Shown: positions 17,170-24,379 of the stretch, in pieces
How the letters are laid out: each line of letters begins with the position of its first letter
Numbering within the stretch: position 1 is the stretch's first letter
NCBI GenBank assembly: GCA_963704755.1
Contig: OY969938.1
Location: forward strand, 990,001-1,022,000
DNA: 32,000 nt
Reading direction: 5' to 3'
Origin: an uncultured Chloroflexia bacterium
GTDB lineage: Bacteria > Chloroflexota > Anaerolineae > Anaerolineales > Anaerolineaceae
Translations under genes and position numbers: made by a program
Notes under the pieces: model-generated
Seen by the model: only the letters and a program-made list of their open reading frames with translations
Database searches by the model: none
Told to the model about the DNA's origin: nothing

Positions 17170-18465
17170 TTAAAGGGCAAAATAAAGGTTGGCCAGATCG
17201 TTCTCACCGGCAGTTCCGGTTTCGATTTTCAATTGTAGATTCCCTGCCCGCACCTCGGACGAGACCAGGGCCACCTGCTCCGCTTTCAGGGATGGGGCCG
17301 GTTCGGGTTGTTCGGGTAAATCGCATTCCCCGGTACGGATCAGGTCCAACGTCGCGGCGATCACCCGGTTGTTGGCCGGCAGTTTGCGATGTACCTCCTG
17401 GATGTAATAGCAGCTTGCCGACGGCAGCAGTGACGACCACAAAGGTACCGTGCCGTCGCCCGAATCCTCACCTTCGCCAATCGAGTTCATCACCAGGCCG
17501 GCCTGTCCGGAAGCCAGTTTCAATGAAACCAGCGTTTCGACGTTGAAACCGGCGATCACATCCACCGGAATCTGGGGGTGGATCTTCCATAAAACCGCAT
17601 ACATGAAGCGGGCTGCGTCCAGGTACTTTTGGCGAATAGACGGCACCGGCCAGGCCGCTGCATCATACAGGTCGAAATCGACCGGGTAAGGCCGCCCGGA
17701 AGGGAAACTCTCCGGGGGGGCCGGTAGGAGCTGGTAGACGCTGGGGAGGCTGTTGGCCAGCAGGCGCATCTCATTCTGGCTGTTCAACTTATCCACCGTC
17801 TCCATCATCGAGTTACCGTTGACCAGGTTATCGACCGCGTTGGCCGCGCCAAAATTGGGCGTCCCATGCAGGATCAGGCGCTTGACCCGCTTTTCGGCAT
17901 CCCCAGGGTGGCGGGCCATGTAGGTGCGCGCCACCAGGCCGCCCATGGAATGGGCCACCAGGGTAAACTCGCGATGCGGATCACCGGCCGCCCAGCGCTC
18001 GATACGCGCATGCAGCAGGTCGGCGTTGTACTCCATCGGGCGGCGCCAATCGTAAGGGAATTCATGCAGGTGGGTCTGCTTGTTGAGCCGGATACCGATC
18101 TTGAGATAGGTCAGTTTCTCCAGGCCAACCGGCAGACATTCTACCTCAGTCGATTCGTCATCGTTGCCCTCGGCATTCAGGCGCAGGTAACTGCCCTTGC
18201 CCTGCAGGAATACGAGCGGGTTGATCCACAACAGGGTCGTCACCCCGCGGATGCTGGACAGGTTGGAGCCCATAATCCCCGGCAGAAGGATCACTTCTTC
18301 CAACGCGCCCGGCGGCGGCTCGAACGAAATCTGGCGGAGTTCAGCGGCCGTATCCGCGCCGATCAAACGATCCACCGTCTCGGCGTCCTTACCGCTCTGG
18401 ATCTCCGCTTCGATCTCATCCAGCGAAAGGGCCGACCAGCGTTGCAACAGGTCATTGGTATTCAC
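17170..18465 (-). CDS. LCAT-like alpha/beta-hydrolase (putative phospholipase/acyltransferase), first gene of the operon
   Basis: LLPGIMGSNL, FPYDWR (the LCAT/PDAT hallmark), nucleophile elbow VAHSMGGLV, GDGTVP (Asp) and EVHRKL (His). GTG start at 18465 with AGAGGGA upstream. No signal peptide. Confidence 0.75.
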   Translation of the reverse strand: MNTNDLLQRWSALSLDEIEAEIQSGKDAETVDRLIGADTAAELRQISFEPPPGALEEVILLPGIMGSNLSSIRGVTTLLWINPLVFLQGKGSYLRLNAEGNDDESTEVECLPVGLEKLTYLKIGIRLNKQTHLHEFPYDWRRPMEYNADLLHARIERWAAGDPHREFTLVAHSMGGLVARTYMARHPGDAEKRVKRLILHGTPNFGAANAVDNLVNGNSMMETVDKLNSQNEMRLLANSLPSVYQLLPAPPESFPSGRPYPVDFDLYDAAAWPVPSIRQKYLDAARFMYAVLWKIHPQIPVDVIAGFNVETLVSLKLASGQAGLVMNSIGEGEDSGDGTVPLWSSLLPSASCYYIQEVHRKLPANNRVIAATLDLIRTGECDLPEQPEPAPSLKAEQVALVSSEVRAGNLQLKIETGTAGENDLANLYFAL

Positions 18466-18586
18466 GATTGGTTCCCTCTACATACCGCTAAAACGCTTTC
18501 CCACCTGATCTGCAAGGGCCTGAGCGCTATCTGGCTGCAACGCTACTCAGTGCTATATTGTTGTAATGGGATATAGTTAATGTTTT

Positions 18587-18622
18587 CCCGAATTTAGAAG
18601 GTTTTCAGCCCCAAATTCGGGG
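18587..18622. repeat. Degenerate or short copy of the cccgaattt palindrome family
   Basis: cccgaattt (18587-18595) and aaattcgggg (18613-18622) flank a 17-nt loop. It lies upstream of the lipase gene. Confidence 0.55.
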
Positions 18623-18721
18623 AACACCAGATCATTCCAAAAATTGTGATTTTGTGTGTAAAGAATATAACATTTTACTCGGGCAGTTTCAATACCCACT
18701 GAGGGTCGCGCCAAATATTGT

Positions 18722-19951
18722 CAAGATCAATCCGGCGAATAAATTCGCTGCTACAAATGCACGAAACCCGGCCTTCGCCGGGTTCAACCCCGTTGAGGTA
18801 ATGTTTCATATAATAATCGACATAAATGAACAATTCATTCGAACTCGGCCTTCCCCTGGCGGAACCCCACGAAGGTGGGGTTTCGTGTCCTTGTTGCCGC
18901 GGTTTCAACCGCCGAGATCAAGCAGTGGCTCCAACCTTTCCAATCAATCCGGCAAATAAATTCGCTGCTACAAGGGCACGAAACCCGGCCTTCGCCGGGT
19001 TCAACCCCGTTGAGGTAATGTTTCATATAATATCGACATAAATGAACAATTCATACGAACTCGGCCTTCCCCTGGCGGAACCCCACACAGGTGGGGTTTC
19101 GTGTCCTGGTTGCCGCGGTTTCAACCGCCGAGATCAAGCTTTGGCTCCAACCTTTCCAATCAATCCGGCGAATAAATTCGCAGCTACGAGTTCACGAAAC
19201 CCGGCCTTCGCCGGGTTCAACTCCGTTGAGGTAATGATTCATATAATATCGACATAAATGAACAAATTATACGAATTCGGCCTTCCCCTGGCGGAACCCC
19301 ACGAAGGTGGGGTTCCGTGTCCTTGTTGCCGCGGTTTCAACCGCCGAGATCAAGCAGTGGTTGCAACCTTTCCAATCAATCCGGCGAATAAATTCGCAGC
19401 TACAAATGCACGAAACCCGGCCTTCGCCGGGTTCAACTCCGTTGAGGTAATGATTCATATAATATCGACATAAATGAACAATTCATACGAACTCGGCCTT
19501 CCCCTGGCGGAACCCCACGTAGGTGGGGTTTCGTGTCCTTGTTGCCGCGGTTTCAACCGCCGAGATCATGCTTTGGCTCCAACCTTTCCAATCAATCCGG
19601 CGAATAAATTCGCAGCTACGAGTACACGAAACCCGGCCTCCGCCGGGTTCGACCCTATTGAGCATTACTTCATACCAGTTCGCTATAAATGAACAAATCA
19701 TACGAACTCAGCCTTCGCCTGGCGGAACCCCACGAAGGTGGGGGTTCGTGTCCTTGTTGCCGCGGTTTCAACCGCCGAGATCATGCTTTGGCTCCAACCT
19801 TTCCAATCAATCCGGCTGCTACAAATGCACGAAACCCGGCCTTCGCCGGGTTCGACCCTATTGAGATAGTTTCTTATTCGTCAATAAATCAAATGAACGG
19901 CGTATAACAATCAACTTTTGCCTGGCTGAACCCACGAAGGTGGGGTTTCGT
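18722..19951 (+). repeat. Tandem array of ~216-bp multi-hairpin units, left block (about 5.7 units)
   Basis: Units are anchored on cataa|atgaac. Partial U0 18722-18825; U1 18826-19041, U2 19042-19257 and U3 19258-19473 (216 bp each); U4 19474-19688; U5 19689-19892 (12-bp deletion); partial U6 19893-19951. Each unit holds four hairpins: H1 ggaaccccac-NNNN-gtggggtttc, H2 gcggt-ttca-accgc, H3 gcgaa-taaa-ttcgc and H4 aacccggc-cttc-gccgggtt. Confidence 0.95.
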
Positions 19952-20594
19952 ATTCATAGAGTCAAAATTTCGATAACTAAACGCTTTATGTTTGCATATC
20001 ATCATCCACTTTTTGATACAATTTTTTCAACCATCGGAAATTCTCAGTAAATAATTTCCTAATCACAAAGTCACGAATTTCAGGAAAATTTAAAAAGGAT
20101 AGTCCCATGCGCACCCCCTTCACCCAACTCTATTTACACTGCGTCTGGTCAACCTGGGATCGGTTACCCTTACTTACTCCACAAAGCGAACCACCAATTT
20201 ATTCTGCAATTTTAAATAAGTGTCTTGAATTAAAGTGTGATGCCCTGGCAATCGGTGGGATTGAAGATCATATTCATCTTTTGGTCAGGTTTCCAGCCAC
20301 AATCAGTGTATCGGATTTCGTTAAAGAAGTTAAAGGAACTTCCTCTCACCTGATTAATCATCAAATTAATCCAGGTGAATTCTTCAAATGGCAAGGAGCA
20401 TATGGTGCCTTTACAGTAAGCAAAAACTTAGTGGAAGTGGTACAGAAATATATCAACCTGCAAAAACAACATCACGCCGATCAAAATCTCTACCATGAAT
20501 GGGAGCAAACTTTCTTTAACGAATAATATAATATTTTGAGTTTTCGCTAATAAAGCCCAGCTTCTGACGGAACCCCACGCAAGTGGGGTTTCGT
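19928..20594 (+). mobile_element. RAYT / IS200-like Y1 transposase cassette bounded by two copies of array hairpin H1
   Basis: Array homology stops after ...gaacccacgaaggtggggtttcgt (19928-19951). It resumes at ...ggaaccccacgcaagtggggtttcgt (20569-20594). The AT-rich interval in between carries only the transposase gene. Confidence 0.7.
20107..20526 (+). CDS. REP-associated tyrosine transposase (RAYT) / IS200-family Y1 HUH transposase
   Basis: 139 aa. LYLHCVWSTWDR, HUH motif EDHIHLLVRFP, catalytic Tyr region FKWQGAYGAFTVS, and YINLQKQHH. This matches the layout of Y1_Tnp (PF01797)-type proteins. Confidence 0.85.
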   Translation: MRTPFTQLYLHCVWSTWDRLPLLTPQSEPPIYSAILNKCLELKCDALAIGGIEDHIHLLVRFPATISVSDFVKEVKGTSSHLINHQINPGEFFKWQGAYGAFTVSKNLVEVVQKYINLQKQHHADQNLYHEWEQTFFNE

Positions 20595-21269
20595 GTCCTT
20601 GTTGCCGCGGTTTCAACCGCCGAGATCAAGCTTTGGCTCCAACCTTTCCATTCAATCCGGCGAATAAATTCGCTGCTACAAATGCACGATACCCGGCGTA
20701 GGCCGGGTTCGACCCCGTTGAGATATTGTTTCATATAACATCGCCATAAACGAACAACTCATACGAACTCGGCCTTCCCCTGGCGGAACCCCACGAAGGT
20801 GGGGTTTCGTGTCCTTGTTGCCGCGGTTTCAACCGCCGAGATCAAGCAGTGGCTCCAACCTTTTCAATCAATCCGGCGAATAAATTCGCTGCTACGAATG
20901 CACGAAACTCGGCCTTCGCCGGGTTCAACCCCGTTGAGGTAATGTTTCATATAATATCGACATAAATGAACAATTCATACGAACTCGGCCTTCGCCTGGC
21001 GGAACCCCACGAAGGTGGGGTTTCGTGCCCCAGTTGCCGCGGTTTCAACCGCCGAGATCATGCTTTGGCTCCAACCTTTTCAATCAATCCGGCGAATAAA
21101 TTCGCTGCTACAAATGCACGAAACCCGGCCTTCGCCGGGTTCAACCCCGTTGAGGTAATGATTCATATAATATCGACATAAATGAACAATTCATACGAAC
21201 TCGGCCTTCGCCTGGCGGAACCCCACGAAGGTGGGGTTTCGTGTCCTTGTTGCCGCGGTTTCAACCGCC
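20556..21269 (+). repeat. Tandem array of ~216-bp multi-hairpin units, right block (about 3.3 units), same orientation as left block
   Basis: Partial U7 ~20556-20749, U8 20750-20965 (its first codon is acg, not atg), U9 20966-21181, partial U10 21182-21269. Homology ends inside H2 at ...tcaaccgcc. Confidence 0.95.
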
Positions 21270-21448
21270 CCATACGGGAAATTTACGAAATCTCACCTTT
21301 TCGGTCGCGAAATTTCCTTGATTTACCAAACTGTAATCTTATCTACACAAAATCTGAATCATTTTCTTTTATCCTCTTAGTCAGGTCTTGATACTGCTTA
21401 AGAAAGACGGCCCAATTTTTACTCTTTAGAATCAAACAAGGAGAACAC

Positions 21449-22219
21449 ATGAACCGAAAGAAAATCTTGATCTCAGCCGGGGTAGTTGGGGCGCTGGCCC
21501 TGCTCCTGGTTTCAGGAATATTTGCTTACCATTCCGTATATGCCCAAACCGCGACCCCTACTGGTAATAACGACAATCCCCCCTCCGGCTGGAAGGGCGG
21601 CCCGATGAACGGGTTCATGGGCGGCCGCACCAGCTATTCCGACCAGGATCTGGCCGATGCCCTGGGCATCACCACCGACCAACTCCAGGCGGCCTACCAG
21701 ACCGCGGATACCAAGGCCCTGGCCGACGCGGTCAGCCAGGGGCTGATCACCCAGGATCAGGCCGATCAAAGGTCCGCCAACGGCGATAAAGGCGGGCGTT
21801 TTGGCCGCTTCAACCTGCAAGGCATCGACTACAACACTTACCTGGCCGATGCTTTGGGCATCACCAGCGACCAACTACAAACGGCCATCCAGCAGGCCCA
21901 GACCACGTTCCAGGCCAACCAGGGCCAGAATGGCAGCCCCAGCCAGGACCAGCTCGACCTCATGCAAGCGCGCCAGGCCCTTTCCAACGACGCCACTTTC
22001 CAATCCAGCCTGAAATCGGCCTATGAAGCGGCCGTGAACCAGGCCGTGACCGACGGCACGATCACCCAGGACCAGGCCGACCAGCTTTTGAGCAACGATT
22101 CCAACATGAACTTCCTCGGGATGGGCCCCGGCGGCGATCATGGCGGTTTTGGCGGGCGGTTCCCGCAGGGAGCAGCACCGGACACAACTTCAACTCCCCC
22201 GGCAGACAGTGGGCTGTAA
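21449..22219 (+). CDS. Secreted or membrane-anchored Q/D-rich repeat protein, unknown function (possibly DUF2680-like)
   Basis: AAGGAGA RBS. N-terminal hydrophobic signal/anchor (ILISAGVVGALALLLVSGIFA). Internal repeats are LADALGIT(T/S)DQLQ(A/T)A x2 and (L/T)ITQDQADQ x2. The C-terminus is Gly-rich. Confidence 0.7.
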   Translation: MNRKKILISAGVVGALALLLVSGIFAYHSVYAQTATPTGNNDNPPSGWKGGPMNGFMGGRTSYSDQDLADALGITTDQLQAAYQTADTKALADAVSQGLITQDQADQRSANGDKGGRFGRFNLQGIDYNTYLADALGITSDQLQTAIQQAQTTFQANQGQNGSPSQDQLDLMQARQALSNDATFQSSLKSAYEAAVNQAVTDGTITQDQADQLLSNDSNMNFLGMGPGGDHGGFGGRFPQGAAPDTTSTPPADSGL

Positions 22220-22249
22220 ACCATAATCGTCCGCAGTAAATGATATTTC

Positions 22250-22298
22250 GAGATTAAAGAAGTTGCGGTGGCTTCGCCACCGCAACTTCTTTAATCTC
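22250..22298. terminator. Long perfect hairpin between convergent genes (putative bidirectional terminator)
   Basis: gagattaaagaagttgcggtgg (22250-22271) pairs perfectly with ccaccgcaacttctttaatctc (22277-22298). The right arm overlaps the ada stop codon region (22291-22298). Confidence 0.65.
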
Positions 22299-23364
22299 GA
22301 AAGTTTTCTTGTCCCTCGCGGCGGAGCAGTTCTTCCTTGCGGTCCACGCCCCAGTGATAGCCGCCCAAGGCCCCATCCGAGCGCACGACCCGGTGACAGG
22401 GGATGGCGACCGCGATTTTATTGGAAGCGCAGGCCTGGGCGACCGCCCGGACGGCCTTGGGACTGCCGATCCGGTTGGCGATATCGGCGTAACTGGCCGT
22501 AGCTCCGCTGGGGATTTCCCGCAAAGCCGACCACACCTGGCGCTGAAAAGCCGTCCCGCGGATATCCAGGGGCAGGTCCAGGCTGCCCTGGGGTACATCC
22601 AGGTAAGCCAGCACCCGCTCAACCCAGGCCTCGAACTCTGCCGGGGCCGCGACGATTTCGGCCCGCGGAAAACGCTCGGCCAGGCGCTGCTCGAGCGCCT
22701 CGCGGCTGTCGTCCAGCTCGATAGCGCACACGCCTAAATCGGTGGCCGCCACCAGCACCCAGCCCAGGCTGCTCGAGCGGACGGCAAAGCTGATCTTCAC
22801 CCCGCGGGCTCCCTGGCGGTACTGGCCGGGGGTCATACCCAGGTGGCCAGCCGCCTGGCTGTAAAACCGGCTGTTGGATTGGTAGCCGGCCTCGTAGACG
22901 GCATCGGTGATGCGCGGACTATTCTGCAGAGCCGTTTTTACCCGCTCGGTCCGTTTTTGAGCGTAATACTCCTTGGGGCTGATGCCCACTACCTGCTTGA
23001 ACACGCGCTGGAAATGGTACTTGCTCAACCCGGCCCCCGCGGCCAGCTCGTCCAGGCTGGGCCGGCTCTCGGCTTCTTCGATTTGCTTGCAGGCCAACAG
23101 TACGGCCTGGCGGTGCGGATCGCTGCTGTCCACATTGCGGGGATTGCAGCGTTTGCACGGCCGGAAACCGGCCTGCTCGGCCGCTTCCCAGCTATCGAAA
23201 AACCGGGTATTTTCCCGCAGCGGCGTGCGCGACTTGCAGCCCGGCCGGCAATAGATGCCCGTGCTGCTGACCCCATAAACAAAGGGTGCTAATCCATCAG
23301 CGCTGCGCTGGGCCACCGCCTGCCAGCGCTGTTCCTCGATTTCAAGTTTCGTCTCATATATCAT
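22291..23364 (-). CDS. ada: Bifunctional Ada: methylphosphotriester-DNA methyltransferase / AraC-type regulator / O6-methylguanine-DNA methyltransferase
   Basis: N-terminal Zn-Cys4 Ada domain (GIYCRPGCKSR...GFRPCKRCNP). AraC HTH (LSKYHFQRVFKQVVGISPKEY). C-terminal MGMT domain with the active site IPCHRVV. Confidence 0.9.
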   Translation of the reverse strand: MIYETKLEIEEQRWQAVAQRSADGLAPFVYGVSSTGIYCRPGCKSRTPLRENTRFFDSWEAAEQAGFRPCKRCNPRNVDSSDPHRQAVLLACKQIEEAESRPSLDELAAGAGLSKYHFQRVFKQVVGISPKEYYAQKRTERVKTALQNSPRITDAVYEAGYQSNSRFYSQAAGHLGMTPGQYRQGARGVKISFAVRSSSLGWVLVAATDLGVCAIELDDSREALEQRLAERFPRAEIVAAPAEFEAWVERVLAYLDVPQGSLDLPLDIRGTAFQRQVWSALREIPSGATASYADIANRIGSPKAVRAVAQACASNKIAVAIPCHRVVRSDGALGGYHWGVDRKEELLRREGQENFRD

Positions 23365-23551
23365 TTTGTACCTGCCGTTTCATCTTACCATTTCTTGACC
23401 GATCATAAACATTAAGGGATCGGCTCAATTTGAGTCCAGAAGGCTGTGATTGGATTGGTTCCATAATAACGAACCTTGAGAATGCTGACCATCTTATTCT
23501 TGCGCTGTAATTCTGGAATTTCTGCAATCCTCCAAGCTCAGGCCAGAAAGT

Positions 23552-23617
23552 CCCCGAATTTCAGGTGTTTGCGCGGGTTTCACCCGCGCAAACACCTGAA
23601 ATTCCGTTTTCTTACCC
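23552..23617. repeat. Palindromic repeat, cccgaattt...ttcttaccc family (copy 2)
   Basis: gaatttcaggtgtttgcgcggg (23556-23577) pairs with cccgcgcaaacacctgaaattc (23583-23604). It is followed by ttcttaccc (23609-23617). It lies in the ada / DUF1801 divergent intergenic region. Confidence 0.85.
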
Positions 23618-23756
23618 TATAGGTTAAGCAGTTGCAATTTATTGGGTATGTTCCACCATTTCCGATCAATTTCTGTCATTTTAATCCCATCTCATCCGAC
23701 GTTAAGATAAAATAGATAAAGAAAGTCGGCTATTTCGTTTTTAGCGGGTGGTATTC

Positions 23757-23809
23757 CCAGATTTTGGATGTGTGGGCGGGTAAAACCCGCCCACACATCC
23801 AAAATCTGG
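23757..23809. repeat. Long perfect hairpin (ttggatgtgt family)
   Basis: ccagattttggatgtgtgggcggg (23757-23780) pairs perfectly (24 bp) with cccgcccacacatccaaaatctgg (23786-23809), loop taaaa. It lies 64 nt upstream of the DUF1801 gene start. Confidence 0.85.
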
Positions 23810-23872
23810 AGTATTTTCTCGTTCAAAACGGGAGAACCTGAAAATCCTAACGAGATCAAAAAGGAGGTTTTC

Positions 23873-24313
23873 ATGGCCCAAAAGAGCACTTCCAGTAAGA
23901 CAACCGAAGGATTCACCGCCGAGGAAAAAGCCGCGATGAAAGCTCGCATCAAAGAGCTCAAAGCCACCCAGGAGAAAGAAGAAGGAGAAAAAGCCGTGCT
24001 CGAGGCGATCGCCGAGATGGTGCAACCGGATCGCGGCATGGCAGAACGCATCCATGCCATCATCAAAGCCAATGCGCCTTCCCTCTCTTCGAGAACCTGG
24101 TATGGGATGCCTGCCTACGCCAATAGCGAAGGGAGGATCATTTGTTTCTTTCAAACTTCGCAAAAGTTTAAAGCAAGATATTCGACTTTGGGCTTCAATG
24201 ACGGTGCCAACCTCGATGAAGGTGTCATGTGGCCCACATCCTTTGCGCTAAAGGATTTGAGCCCTGCTGAAGAGGAAAAGATCGCCGCGCTGGTAAAGAA
24301 AGCAGTCAGTTGA
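23873..24313 (+). CDS. DUF1801 (YdhG-like) domain protein
   Basis: AAGGAGG RBS lies 5 nt before ATG 23873; the ORF-track start at 23768 runs through the hairpin and is unlikely. WYGMPAYA...ICFFQ...STLGF resembles the YdhG-like family. The family call has moderate support. Confidence 0.6.
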   Translation: MAQKSTSSKTTEGFTAEEKAAMKARIKELKATQEKEEGEKAVLEAIAEMVQPDRGMAERIHAIIKANAPSLSSRTWYGMPAYANSEGRIICFFQTSQKFKARYSTLGFNDGANLDEGVMWPTSFALKDLSPAEEEKIAALVKKAVS

Positions 24314-24379
24314 AACCTGTGCCTGCCCCTGAGCCAGGCTACATTTACTTTTCCCCTGAAAGGACGTAAACTTGGAGCC

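Noticed and set aside
18760-18800. tRNA-like T-arm resemblance (gccgggttcaaccccg) recurring in every unit.
   Set aside because: The segment cannot form a 5-bp T-stem with a 7-nt loop, and no acceptor, D or anticodon arms can be drawn around it. It is simply the 3-prime half of hairpin H4 plus its flank.
19514-19529. GTAG in the loops of H1 (U4, 19514-19529) and H4 (U7, around 20691-20708), reminiscent of the conserved GTAG tetranucleotide of proteobacterial REPs.
   Set aside because: It is present in only two of about nineteen loops, and it sits in the loop rather than at the 5-prime foot of the hairpin. It is most likely a coincidence.
18722-21269. CRISPR array interpretation of the regular repeats, for example gtttcaaccgccgagatca-like segments.
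   Set aside because: The whole 216-bp unit repeats, including the would-be spacers. There are no unique spacers of 25-50 bp and no cas genes in the window.
21277-21317. Short inverted repeat ggaaatttacg ... cgcgaaatttcc just past the array edge, vaguely like the cccgaaatt family.
   Set aside because: It is only ~10 bp with a mismatch, has an 18-nt loop, and lacks the ttcttaccc tag. That is insufficient to assign it to the family.
18826-21391. Back-to-back 69-72-codon ORFs (MNNSYELGLPLAEPHEGGVSCPCCRGFNRRD...), one per 216-bp repeat unit, each starting at ATG directly after the previous TAA. They could be read as a tandem small-peptide (Cys-rich or RiPP-like precursor) array.
   Set aside because: No Shine-Dalgarno sequence precedes any of the ATGs (atatcgacataaATG). 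Differences between units are mostly non-synonymous and fall in hairpin loops (E/T/V at the H1 loop). Unit U8 has ACG instead of ATG, the minus strand is equally open (63-72 aa ORFs), and the 216 = 72x3 period alone keeps any open frame in phase. DNA/RNA structure explains the conservation better. Ribo-seq or proteomics would be needed to revive the coding idea.
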